From Acidobacteriota bacterium (GTDB lineage: Bacteria > Acidobacteriota > Terriglobia > Terriglobales > Acidobacteriaceae): DNA of 64,000 nucleotides. Position 1 is the stretch's first letter. Each line of letters starts with the position of its first letter. Location: the NCBI GenBank assembly GCA_018268895.1, contig JAFDVP010000009.1, positions 169,757 through 233,756 on the forward strand. The letters are read 5' to 3'. Below the pieces are notes generated by a model. It had not been told where the DNA came from. It searched no databases and worked only from the letters and a program-made list of their open reading frames with translations. Below are positions 53,725 to 62,607 of this stretch, piece after piece. Both the position numbers and the translations under genes were made by a program.

Positions 53725-54408
53725 CTAGTCTTTCCTGGCCTTGTCCGGTTCGGCAGCGCGGGCTAATTTCAACAGCCTCTTGGCGTTCTGCTCGGTTTTG
53801 CCCTTGCTGAAGACAGCCGATCCCGCAACCAGCATCTCGGCTCCTGCTTCGACGACTGAGGCCACCGTATCGTGAGCGATGCCGCCGTCCACTTCAATGC
53901 GAAAATTCAGCCCCATCTCCTTGCGTAAAGCGGCGAGGTAGGTGATCTTTTCCACCGCAAGAGGCAGAAACCGCTGCCCGCCGAAGCCCGGATTGACGCT
54001 CATGATCAGCACATAGTGAACCATCGGAAGGACTTCAATCAGCGTGTCCACCGGCGTCGCGGGGTTGAGGACCACCCCGGGGAGCATTCCATGGTCAGAG
54101 ATCAGTTGCAGCGTCCGGTGCAGGTGGCGGCAGACCTCCTGGTGGACGCTCAGGAGATCGGCGCCTGCTTCGGCAAAGGCGGGGATGAACTCGTCCGGGT
54201 TCTCCACCATCAGGTGGCAGTCCAGGGGCAGGTTCGTCACGGGCCGCAGGGCCTGCACCATCGGTGGCCCAAAGGTGATGTTCGGCACAAAGTGGCCATC
54301 CATCACATCGACGTGAACGATGCTTCCCCCGCCGCGCTCTGCGGCCTTAACTTCGTCGGCAAGATGCGCGAAGTCCGAGGCCAATATGGAAAATGCCAGT
54401 TCGATCAA
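53725..54408 (-). CDS. rpe: Ribulose-phosphate 3-epimerase
   Basis: SILASDF, HVDVMDGHFVPN, DCHLM, MSVNPGFGGQ, EVDGG. Confidence 0.97.
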   Translation of the reverse strand: MIELAFSILASDFAHLADEVKAAERGGGSIVHVDVMDGHFVPNITFGPPMVQALRPVTNLPLDCHLMVENPDEFIPAFAEAGADLLSVHQEVCRHLHRTLQLISDHGMLPGVVLNPATPVDTLIEVLPMVHYVLIMSVNPGFGGQRFLPLAVEKITYLAALRKEMGLNFRIEVDGGIAHDTVASVVEAGAEMLVAGSAVFSKGKTEQNAKRLLKLARAAEPDKARKD

Positions 54409-54460
54409 GTGAATGCTCCTGTGTCCGAGTCTACCAGCCGGGGACGGGCAGAGAGCGGGA

Positions 54461-55840
54461 TCAATCGGCGTCGTTATTCTGCCGGGGAACGATGGGCACT
54501 ACCCGTTCCACATCGGGGCGCCCTTCGTGTAAAACGCGGGTCTTCACATCCGTCGCGATCTTCTTTGCTGCCTCGCGTTGCACATCGGGAAGAGGCTTCG
54601 GATCGCCAAGCACAGCTCGTGCCGCCCCGCGCAAGATACGGCGCATGGGCCATGCCCCATCGGCATTCGGGAAAAAGATCTCGCCAACGCGCTGCTTCTC
54701 TGGCCGATAGTACCAGCGACGCAGCAGCGAGAGATGGTCACTGAGCAGCGCAATGTCGCTGGAAGGCTTTGCCTGCGCCTCCAGCCTGCCGAGAACTTCT
54801 CTTGTGCGGTCCTCCGGCGAGTCGCTCTTATCGCCGGCCTCTCCCTCCAGAGGCACCGCCTGAAGCATCAGCGGCTGGGCGAAGAGCGAGCTGCCGACGC
54901 TGGTCTGCTCCTTAACCGCACGAACACCCAGGGTGGAGAGACGCTCCGGCCCGACGATGCAGCCCGCTGCAAGCAGGAAGACTGCCGCATCGGGTGAGTC
55001 GTCTTCCACAGAAGCCCGTTGCACGATCACGGCGCGCAGATTTGGAATTGACCGAACAAGTTCATCGGCAAGCTGTGCAGCGGCTTTTACTTTTTGATGT
55101 TGCTCGTGCAACTGCGCCGCCTGCTCAAACTCCATCTCCTCCGAAGCCCGCTCGCGTTCGGCGGCGATCGGCGAGAGCATACTCTCGCCGCGCGTGTCGA
55201 AGAAGGCTTTTACTGCGGCAGCTTCATTGGCATATTGCTCCGTCGTACAGGCCTGTTTGCACGGCTCGATGCACTTCTTCATCTCGCCATAGACGCAGCC
55301 TGGATGCTCTGGATAAGGATGCAGGTCTTCGTGGCAGCGGCGGAGCTTGAAGAGATCGAGCACAGCATCGCAGTAACGTTCGGCGGCAGCGCGCGAAGCG
55401 AAAGGGCCATACATCTGTGCGAGGCCGCGCTTTGAGAGCCGGTTGGTTGCATAGACGCGAGGGAAGGCGTTCTCCATCGTCATGCGTAGGACGGTCGGCG
55501 TGTGCAGCCGCAGCCTTCTGCGCGCTTCTGCGTAACCGAAGATGCTGGCCGCCGCGCGATACAGCGTAAGCGTCGATTCAAACTCGGAGCCTGCAACCGT
55601 GTATTCGATGCGGACAACGCGGTCGCGCAGATTCAGGCGCTTCGATTGCGATTCAGGCGGGGCCAGCAGCCGCTTCATGCGGCGGCGAAGATTGGCAGTG
55701 CGCGTCAGGTAAGGCTCGGAGTTTTTCTGCTCGCCGTAGAGAGCGAAGACGCCGGGCAGCGCTGGAACCGTGCGGAGAATCTCCTCGGCTTGTTGCGACG
55801 AGAAGTCGACTGCCGTTGCGAATTGGAAGTTCGACGCCAC
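54461..55840 (-). CDS. UvrC/Cho-like protein (degenerate GIY-YIG, Cys-rich region, UVR domain)
   Basis: PALPGVF...YL..TANLRRR, YGPF, LFKLRRC...C.Y..MKKC..PC, UVR motif A.EEMEFEQAAQL. Confidence 0.8.
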   Translation of the reverse strand: MASNFQFATAVDFSSQQAEEILRTVPALPGVFALYGEQKNSEPYLTRTANLRRRMKRLLAPPESQSKRLNLRDRVVRIEYTVAGSEFESTLTLYRAAASIFGYAEARRRLRLHTPTVLRMTMENAFPRVYATNRLSKRGLAQMYGPFASRAAAERYCDAVLDLFKLRRCHEDLHPYPEHPGCVYGEMKKCIEPCKQACTTEQYANEAAAVKAFFDTRGESMLSPIAAERERASEEMEFEQAAQLHEQHQKVKAAAQLADELVRSIPNLRAVIVQRASVEDDSPDAAVFLLAAGCIVGPERLSTLGVRAVKEQTSVGSSLFAQPLMLQAVPLEGEAGDKSDSPEDRTREVLGRLEAQAKPSSDIALLSDHLSLLRRWYYRPEKQRVGEIFFPNADGAWPMRRILRGAARAVLGDPKPLPDVQREAAKKIATDVKTRVLHEGRPDVERVVPIVPRQNNDAD

Positions 55841-55882
55841 GACACAATCTTATCCGCGAACAAGAGTCAGGCGTTGAGCCGG

Positions 55883-57265
55883 CTAAGCGCCGGCGACCGT
55901 CATGCCCTCGACGCGGATGGTCGGTGCGGCGGCTGCGCTGCGGAAGACAAGGTCGTTGCCGATGGCGACGATGTTGCGATACATGTCCTTCAGGTTCCCG
56001 GCGATGGTGATCTCCTCGACCGGGTAGGCGATCTCGCCGTTCTCGATCCAGAGGCCTGCGGCACCCTGCGAGTAGTCGCCGGTGACGAGGTTCACGCCGA
56101 AGCCCATCGTCTCGGTGACGTAGAGACCGCTCTTGACGTCGCCGATGAGTTGCTCGGGGCTGCATTCGCCGGGCTCGAGGTAGAAGTTGTGTGCGCCGAT
56201 GCCGGGGTTTCCGGCGAGGCCGCGCGAGGCGCTGCCGGTGGAGCGCATGTTGAGCTTGCGCGCCGTGTAGCTGTTGTTGACGTAGGTCTGGAGCACGCCT
56301 TTTTCGACCAGCACGGTGCGCCGCGTAGGCAGACCCTCGCCGTCGAAGGGAGCAGTGCCGAAGCCGCCGATGCCATCGAGCATCATGGTGCCGTCGTCGA
56401 CGATGGTGATGTTCTCGCCCGCGACCTGCTTGCCGAGCATCTCGTCGAAGAAGGTGGCGTGGCGATAGATGGCGTCGCCGTTGGCGGCGTCGAAGATGTT
56501 GCCGACGATCCCGCGCGCGATCTCCGGCGAGAAGACCACAGACGCCTTCTGCGTGGGAACGCGGCGGGCGCCGAGGCGTCGCAGCGTGCGCTCTGCGGCG
56601 ATGCGGCCGATCTCTTCCGGAGATTCGAGCTTCGACGTTGTGCGCGAGCTCGAGTACCAGTAGTTGCGCTGCATCCCGCCCTTCTCGTCGATCGCGATGG
56701 GAGAGACGGAGAAGCCACAGTAGCTGCGGCGGTACTCGCCGGTGAAGCCGCGGGAGTTGGTGAGGACCTTGTAGGAGGTTCCGGTGTCGAAGTCGGCGCC
56801 GGAGGAGTTCTGGATGCGGGTGTCGAAGGCCATCGCGGCGGCCTCAGCCCGGCGGGCGATCTCGATGCGCTCGGCGGGAGGCTGCTGGTTGACGTCGTCG
56901 AAGTAGAGCTTGAGGTCGCCCTGAAGCTGGCCGAACTCTTCGCGCTCGGGCAGACCGGCGAAGGGGTCAACGCTGGTGATCTTTGCCAGGGTGATGGCGC
57001 CGTCGACCAGCCGGGCGATGCTCTCGTCGGAGAAGTCGGAGGACGAGGTGGTTGCTGTGCGCTGGCCGAGAAAGACGCGGAGGCCAACGGCGCGCGAGCC
57101 GGATTCTTTGAGAGTCTCGACCTGGCCGAGGCGAACGCGAACCTCAAACTCATCGCCCTCGGCGACGACGGCTTCTGCATCGGTGGCTCCGGCCTTGAGG
57201 GCGCGGGCGAGGACGTCGGAGGCTAGCTGGCGGAGGTCGGTCTTCTTTTCGGTCTGGGATGTCAT
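55883..57265 (-). CDS. tldE: TldE/PmbA family metallopeptidase subunit
   Basis: VRLGQVE, GLRVF.G, FDGEG, GVNLVTGDYSQG, EITIAGNL. Confidence 0.92.
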   Translation of the reverse strand: MTSQTEKKTDLRQLASDVLARALKAGATDAEAVVAEGDEFEVRVRLGQVETLKESGSRAVGLRVFLGQRTATTSSSDFSDESIARLVDGAITLAKITSVDPFAGLPEREEFGQLQGDLKLYFDDVNQQPPAERIEIARRAEAAAMAFDTRIQNSSGADFDTGTSYKVLTNSRGFTGEYRRSYCGFSVSPIAIDEKGGMQRNYWYSSSRTTSKLESPEEIGRIAAERTLRRLGARRVPTQKASVVFSPEIARGIVGNIFDAANGDAIYRHATFFDEMLGKQVAGENITIVDDGTMMLDGIGGFGTAPFDGEGLPTRRTVLVEKGVLQTYVNNSYTARKLNMRSTGSASRGLAGNPGIGAHNFYLEPGECSPEQLIGDVKSGLYVTETMGFGVNLVTGDYSQGAAGLWIENGEIAYPVEEITIAGNLKDMYRNIVAIGNDLVFRSAAAAPTIRVEGMTVAGA

Positions 57266-57338
57266 GTCTGGTCTGAGAATAAATCGGGAACCACCGGCGA
57301 ACCTACCCCCCGACTGTTTTTCGCAGTATTCTTGCGGC

Positions 57339-57911
57339 ATGCGACCCCTTCGGTATTCCATCAACGTTACATTGGACGGGTGCTGCGATCATCGAGCTGG
57401 CATCGCGGACGAAGAGTTGCATCGTCACGCGGTCGAGAACATCGAGCAGGCCGATGCGCTCCTGTTTGGCCGGGTCACTTACGAGATGATGGAGTCGGCG
57501 TGGCGGCAGCCGGCGGAGACGGGTGTGCGGCCGGATTGGATGGCCGATTGGGGGGAACCCTTCGCCCGGACGATCCACGCGGCAAAGAAGTACGTCGTGT
57601 CGAGCACGCTGGAGCGGGTCGATTGGAACGCGGAGCTTGTGCGCCCAGGTACCGGGAAAGATCTGGAGAAGGCCGTTCGGCAGCTCAAGCAGCAGCCGGG
57701 TAAGGGGCTGTTCACGGGAGGCGTGACACTTCCGCAGGCGCTGGCGGAGATGGGGTTGATCGATGAGTACGAGTTCGTGGTGCACCCCAGGGTAGCGGGT
57801 CACGGACCGACGTTGTTCGCGGGGCTGTCGAAGTATGTCGACTTGAGGCTTGTGGGGCGGGTTGAGTTTGGTTCGGGGGTGGTGGCTATGCGGTATGAGC
57901 CTAGAGCTTGA
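57339..57911 (+). CDS. Dihydrofolate reductase / RibD C-terminal family protein
   Basis: SINVTLDG, LFGRVTYEMM, KKYVVSSTL, GLIDEY...HP...G.G. Confidence 0.88.
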   Translation: MRPLRYSINVTLDGCCDHRAGIADEELHRHAVENIEQADALLFGRVTYEMMESAWRQPAETGVRPDWMADWGEPFARTIHAAKKYVVSSTLERVDWNAELVRPGTGKDLEKAVRQLKQQPGKGLFTGGVTLPQALAEMGLIDEYEFVVHPRVAGHGPTLFAGLSKYVDLRLVGRVEFGSGVVAMRYEPRA

Positions 57912-57919
57912 GCTGCGAA

Positions 57920-58082
57920 TGAATCAGTCGCTACGTCCTTCGGACTTCGCTCCGGCCTTCGGCAGAGCGGTACGCCGCCTTGCGGCGGTTTTGCGGCACG
58001 GCTGAAGCCGTGCCCTTAAGCGAGGCGGATCGCGCTTCGCGCGATGGCCACATCTGGCGATGAGGCCGCCAGATATGGGGTG
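57920..58082. repeat. Composite REP/BIME-like element
   Basis: CCGCC-TTGC-GGCGG; GGCACGGC-TGAA-GCCGTGCC; TCGCGCTTCGCGCGA linker; ATCTGGCG-ATGAGGC-CGCCAGAT hairpin. Confidence 0.7.
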
Positions 58083-58164
58083 TTAAAACAGGTGTATAGT
58101 TAGTGCCGTTTTTGAAGTCAAGAAGGAGATTCCTAGTAACCTTGATGCCACTGTGGGGTGAACC

Positions 58165-59331
58165 GTGACGTCCCGTCGTGATTTTCTTAGAGTCATGTCT
58201 GCGGCCTCGCTGTCCGCTGGAACCGTAGATCCGCTGCTCGCCTGGGCCGCTGATACAGAGCCCATTTCCGTGCCCGGCAAGGATGGAATGATCGTCCGAT
58301 CCTTCCGTTTTCTCGACTTGGAAATGCCTGTCGAGTTCATGACGGAATGGATCACGCCTGTGAGTCATTTCTACGTCCGCAATCACATGTTCGCGCCGGC
58401 CAACGTAGATGCAGCGGCGTGGAAGCTGACCATTAGCGGAGAGGTCGAAAAGCCATTAACCCTCACATTGGCTGATCTGGCGAAGATTCCCGTGCACTCG
58501 ATCACCAATGCGATGGAATGCGCTGGCAACGGGCGGTCGCTGCAAAGCCCGAAAGTTCCCGGGATCCAATGGGGAAAGGGAGCAGTGGGGAATGCCAGGT
58601 TCTCGGGGCCCAGCCTGAAGTCGCTACTGGACAAAGCCGTCCTGAAGGACACGGCGAAACACGTGCAGTTCCGCGGGGTGGATTTGGTGCCCGGCAAAGT
58701 GCCTCCTTTTATTCGCAGCATCCCCATCGAGAAGGCGATGGATGGCGACACGCTGGTGGCGACCCACATGAACGGCGAGCCGCTACCCGCGCATCATGGA
58801 TTCCCAGCGCGGGCGATGACTCCAGGCTGGGTGGGTGCTGCTTCGTGCAAGTGGCTGACCGAGATCACGGTGCTCGACAAGCCAGCTGAGGGAAACTTCA
58901 TGAGTCCCGGCTATCGTTTTCCGAACACTCCCGGGAAGCCCGGGGAACCGGTAAAGCCCGAAGATACCCACGCGCTCACGGCGCTCACGGTGAAGTCGGT
59001 GATCGCGGCGCCGAGCGACGGGGCAAAGCTGAAACCGGGGGCGCAAACCATTCAGGGTGTAGCCTGGGCAGGAGAAGCTGACATCACGAAGGTCGAGATC
59101 TCCACCGATGGCGGTTCGAGCTGGAGCACCGCGCAGCTTGGGAAAGATCAGGCGAAGTACGCCTGGCGGCTGTGGAGCTACCTGTGGAAGCCGGCGAAGA
59201 GTGGTGACTATGTCATTCTCTTGCGCGCCACCGACAGCCAGGGGCGGACCCAGCCCGAGGCGGCGGTTTGGAACCCAAGCGGCTATCTCTACAACGCTTA
59301 CGATCAGGTGAAGGTCTATGTCCAGGCTTAA
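58165..59331 (+). CDS. Sulfite oxidase family molybdoenzyme (SorA-like), Tat-exported
   Basis: SRRDFL; FYVRNH; MECAGNGR (Mo-ligand Cys); HHGFPAR; KWL; Ig-like dimerisation domain ending WNPSGYLYN. Confidence 0.9.
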   Translation: MTSRRDFLRVMSAASLSAGTVDPLLAWAADTEPISVPGKDGMIVRSFRFLDLEMPVEFMTEWITPVSHFYVRNHMFAPANVDAAAWKLTISGEVEKPLTLTLADLAKIPVHSITNAMECAGNGRSLQSPKVPGIQWGKGAVGNARFSGPSLKSLLDKAVLKDTAKHVQFRGVDLVPGKVPPFIRSIPIEKAMDGDTLVATHMNGEPLPAHHGFPARAMTPGWVGAASCKWLTEITVLDKPAEGNFMSPGYRFPNTPGKPGEPVKPEDTHALTALTVKSVIAAPSDGAKLKPGAQTIQGVAWAGEADITKVEISTDGGSSWSTAQLGKDQAKYAWRLWSYLWKPAKSGDYVILLRATDSQGRTQPEAAVWNPSGYLYNAYDQVKVYVQA

Positions 59332-59677
59332 AGCGACTGTTTTGATTGCGGCATTGGGTGCGCCTCTAATGATGGGGCAATCTTCGCCCAACGCGGAGCT
59401 GCCCGCAGGCGCAGCGAAACAGAAAGCCGAAGGCGCCTGTCTCACCTGCCACGATGCGCGCATTATTGTGCAGCAACGTCTCCCCAAAGGTGCCTGGGTC
59501 AAAGAGCTGGACAAAATGACCAATTGGGGGGCTCCGGTCGATCCGAAAGATCGCGACGCGCTGGTGGATTATTTCAGTGCAAATTTCGGCCCGGACCAAC
59601 CTGCATACGATGCTCCGCGCACTGCGGCCGACAAAAAAACCGAAGCAAAGATTAAGCGCAGTACCCACGGACAATGA
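59318..59677 (+). CDS. Monoheme cytochrome c (SorB-like)
   Basis: Signal peptide; CLTCH; W..E.DKM.NWGA with distal Met; overlaps the upstream gene. Confidence 0.85.
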   Translation: MSRLKATVLIAALGAPLMMGQSSPNAELPAGAAKQKAEGACLTCHDARIIVQQRLPKGAWVKELDKMTNWGAPVDPKDRDALVDYFSANFGPDQPAYDAPRTAADKKTEAKIKRSTHGQ

Positions 59678-59699
59678 CAGGCAATCCCGGAGTTTCCTG

Positions 59700-59769
59700 T
59701 TAACATTTGCATCCCGCCAGCCACAATGTTTGAACAGTCACTATCGTTGGACTTTTGATCAACGTTAGG
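59700..59769. repeat. 70-bp direct repeat, copy 1
   Basis: TTAACATTTGCATCCCGCCAGCC...GATCAACGTTAGG; differs from copy 2 by one indel and one substitution. Confidence 0.95.
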
Positions 59770-59808
59770 CGCCCGATTTCGGTCTGGTTAGATGTGGCCA
59801 CCTAGTCT

Positions 59809-60588
59809 TTAGTTCTGATCGGGAAAGCCTCCTAGAAGGGTGATGGTAATCACGCCGTCCTCAATGGATTCATTACGATTGAGACTTGTTTGCAAACCGG
59901 AAATTTTTATGATCTCGCCAACGTAATAAAGTGCGTCAGCAGGAGTGGCTGTTACGCCCGCGGGACCAACAGGTTCTCCTTTCATAGAAACTTCGGCGCC
60001 CTGAAATCTTCTCCCTGGCTGGGGGAAGGCCATGAAACGGTTTACGCCATTTTCTTTCATTTGCCATCCGGCAGCCTTAAATGCGTCATATAAATCGTCT
60101 GGGAATTGACTTGCCCCACTGAATTGATCTGCAAGGATTATTATTGTCGCCTTGTTTGGAGCTTTGGCTAAGAATTGCACTATCTTAGGCATATCCTCTG
60201 GCGCGATCCTTTTGGGGATATTTCCAACGGTAATGGGACTGTTGACGATTGGACTGTTTGCACCCGTGGTGCCTTGTTGGATGTTTATTCCGCCGGAATT
60301 GCTCTGAGTTTGTGCCGCTTTGATCGCCGCAATCTCATCCAGTTTCTTCATCACAGAGTCAGGGTCTAACTGATTGGCCAGAACCTTATTAAGCATGGCT
60401 GGAATTTGCCTTAGTAGTCGATCTTGCTCGGGAGTAAGTTTCGAGCAATCAACTTTGACGTTTCCTGCCAACGCAATGATGTTGCTACAGGTGCTTCGGG
60501 TCGAGCGTTGTCGGATAGTTGGCGTCTGACCATGTGTTAACGTGGTCAACATTGCTGCTGCAAGAAGACTCTTAGCGTTTTTTTTCAC
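59809..60588 (-). CDS. Hypothetical secreted protein (AT-richer insert, gene B)
   Basis: Probable GTG start MKKNAKSLLAAAMLTTLTHG; CSNIIA..NVKVDC motif; C-terminal alpha/beta-like domain. Confidence 0.65.
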   Translation of the reverse strand: MKKNAKSLLAAAMLTTLTHGQTPTIRQRSTRSTCSNIIALAGNVKVDCSKLTPEQDRLLRQIPAMLNKVLANQLDPDSVMKKLDEIAAIKAAQTQSNSGGINIQQGTTGANSPIVNSPITVGNIPKRIAPEDMPKIVQFLAKAPNKATIIILADQFSGASQFPDDLYDAFKAAGWQMKENGVNRFMAFPQPGRRFQGAEVSMKGEPVGPAGVTATPADALYYVGEIIKISGLQTSLNRNESIEDGVITITLLGGFPDQN

Positions 60589-61075
60589 GTTCTTGCCTCG
60601 GTGGACAATTAACATTTGCATCCCGCCCAGCCACAATGTTTGAACAGTCACTATCCTTGGACTTTTGATCAACGTTAGGTATCTGAGGGCTTGGCTGAGC
60701 AACAGGAGGTTTCAATGGTGGGTCCGTTTGTTTTGTTGGCCAGACGAGCCACCCAAACAATCCAATGACCGTCCATGAGGCGAGAAAGATCAGCACACGC
60801 GTTTTCCATCTAATAAAAAAGTGGAGAACCGGATAAACAACTAGTAGAGCCATAGCTCCGATAGTTGCGCTAGCCCATATGGATGTCTTTTCCCCCCAGA
60901 GCAACGCTAGAGCCAACACACCCGCGAGACACGTCAGGGCGATTGCAAGTTTGTCGCTTTGCGATAGTTCTTTCCCGCGAACGCGCACGCCCCACTCCTT
61001 GGGCAGGTATTGAACCTCTAGTGACAGTATGCGGTCACTTTCGCTTTGAGGGCGGTATTCAGTTAGTTCCGCCAA
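60572..61075 (-). CDS. Hypothetical membrane protein (AT-richer insert, gene A)
   Basis: Three hydrophobic segments, Pro-rich linker, C-terminal CSNIVAGRDANVNC; overlaps gene B. Confidence 0.6.
   Translation of the reverse strand: MAELTEYRPQSESDRILSLEVQYLPKEWGVRVRGKELSQSDKLAIALTCLAGVLALALLWGEKTSIWASATIGAMALLVVYPVLHFFIRWKTRVLIFLASWTVIGLFGWLVWPTKQTDPPLKPPVAQPSPQIPNVDQKSKDSDCSNIVAGRDANVNCPPRQEREKKR
60609..60679. repeat. 71-bp direct repeat, copy 2
   Basis: Near-identical to 59700-59769 and lies within the 3' coding region of gene A. Confidence 0.95.
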
Positions 61076-62498
61076 CCGTCATCTTGTCGAGCTTGATTGT
61101 CGGCATGCCGACGCCTACGGGGACGGACTGGCCGGATTTGCCGCAGGTGCCTATGCCTTCGTCGAGGGCTAGATCATTTCCAACCATGGAGACGTACTTG
61201 AGGGCTTCGGGGCCGTTGCCTACCAGCGTGGCTCCTTTGACGGGGCGGGTGACCTTGCCGTCTTCGATGAGGTAGGCCTCGGAGGCGGAGAAGACGAACT
61301 TGCCGTTGGTGATGTCGACCTGGCCTCCGCCGAAGTTGACGGCGTAGAGGCCGCGCTTGACGGACTTGATGATGTCCTCGGGTGCGTCGTCGCCGTTCAG
61401 CATGTAGGTGTTGGTCATGCGCGGCATGGGGATGTGGTGGTAGCTCTCGCGGCGGCCGGAGCCGGTGTTGGGGGTTCCCATGAGGCGCGAGGAGAGCTTG
61501 TCGGAGAGGTAGCCCTTGAGGATGCCGTTCTCGATGAGGACCGTCTCCTGGGTGGGGTTGCCCTCGTCGTCGACGTTGATGCTGCCGCGGCGGTTGGGCA
61601 TGCGGCCGTTGTCGACGACGGTGACCTTGGGGCTGGCAACCTGCTGGCCAATGAGGCCGGCGAAGGCGGAGGTCTTCTTGCGGTTGAAGTCGGCCTCGAG
61701 GCCGTGGCCTACGGCTTCGTGCAGGAGGACGCCGGGCCAGCCGGGGCCGAGGACGACCTCCATCTCACCGGCGGGAGCGTCGGCTGCGCCTAGCTGGAGG
61801 ATGGCGCTGCGGGCGGCCTCGCGGGCGAAGTGCTCGGGACTCTTATCGCCCTCGAAGAAGTCCATGGTGATACGTCCGCCGCCTCCGCTAGTGCCTTTGG
61901 CTGTGTTGGTGGCGTCCTTAGCGATGACGAAGACGTTGAGGCGGGCGAGGGGCTGGGTGTCGGAGGCAAAGGTGCCGTCGGATGCGGCGACGAGGATGCG
62001 GCGCAGCTCGTCGGAGAAGCTGGCGCGGACCTGGGTGATGCGCGAGTCGTAGGCGCGGGCAGCGGCGTCGGCGCGCTGGATGAGGGCGAGCTTGGCGGCG
62101 ATCTCGGCGTCGGCTGTGGCTCCGGTGATGGGGTAGAGGGAGTCGGCCTCGGTGTGGCGGAAGCCCTGCATGAGTTCTTTCGCTGGACCGGAGGCGATGA
62201 GGGCGGCGGTGCGGGCGGCCTTGAGGAGAGCGTCGGAGGAGAGGTCGTCGGTGTAGGCGTAGCCGGTGCGCTCGCCGGAGAGGACGCGGACGCCGCAGCC
62301 AAGGGAGACGCCCTGGGCGGCGGTCTTGACGAGGGACTCGTCGATGCCGAGCGAGGTGGAGGTGACGGACTCGAAGTAGAGGTCGGCGTAGTCGCCCCCG
62401 GCGGAGAGAGCTTCGGCAAGGCAGCGCTCGATGAGGCGCTCGGAGACGCCGAGCTTCGTGGTGAAGTAGTGCTTGTGGTCCGGGGCGGGGATGGTCAT
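61059..62498 (-). CDS. tldD: TldD family metallopeptidase subunit
   Basis: GDYADLYFE, G.GVRV..GE.TGYAY, HEAVGHGLEAD, RMTNTYM, GTCGKSGQSVPVGVG.PT. Confidence 0.95.
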   Translation of the reverse strand: MTIPAPDHKHYFTTKLGVSERLIERCLAEALSAGGDYADLYFESVTSTSLGIDESLVKTAAQGVSLGCGVRVLSGERTGYAYTDDLSSDALLKAARTAALIASGPAKELMQGFRHTEADSLYPITGATADAEIAAKLALIQRADAAARAYDSRITQVRASFSDELRRILVAASDGTFASDTQPLARLNVFVIAKDATNTAKGTSGGGGRITMDFFEGDKSPEHFAREAARSAILQLGAADAPAGEMEVVLGPGWPGVLLHEAVGHGLEADFNRKKTSAFAGLIGQQVASPKVTVVDNGRMPNRRGSINVDDEGNPTQETVLIENGILKGYLSDKLSSRLMGTPNTGSGRRESYHHIPMPRMTNTYMLNGDDAPEDIIKSVKRGLYAVNFGGGQVDITNGKFVFSASEAYLIEDGKVTRPVKGATLVGNGPEALKYVSMVGNDLALDEGIGTCGKSGQSVPVGVGMPTIKLDKMTVGGTN

Positions 62499-62607
62499 CT
62501 TGATTTGATGATAGGGGGCCGGGGAGGATGCGGCAATGGCTGTTTGCGGGACGAACTGATACCTTTGGCTGGAGAAATTTAAGTCCCGAATCGAAAGACT
62601 GCACGAC

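Noticed and set aside
59700-60679. 70-bp repeats as integron attC sites (RYYYAAC and GTT ends are present on the minus strand; GTTAGGY on the plus strand)
   Set aside because: No convincing L''/L' complementarity or extended hairpin, one copy lies within coding sequence, and there is no intI in the window.
59700-60679. Repeat pair as diversity-generating retroelement TR/VR
   Set aside because: The differences are one indel and a C/G change rather than adenine-specific substitutions, and no reverse transcriptase is present.
55883-62498. TldD/TldE as part of a RiPP biosynthetic cluster
   Set aside because: No YcaO, radical SAM, lanthipeptide or other maturase and no clear precursor in the interval.
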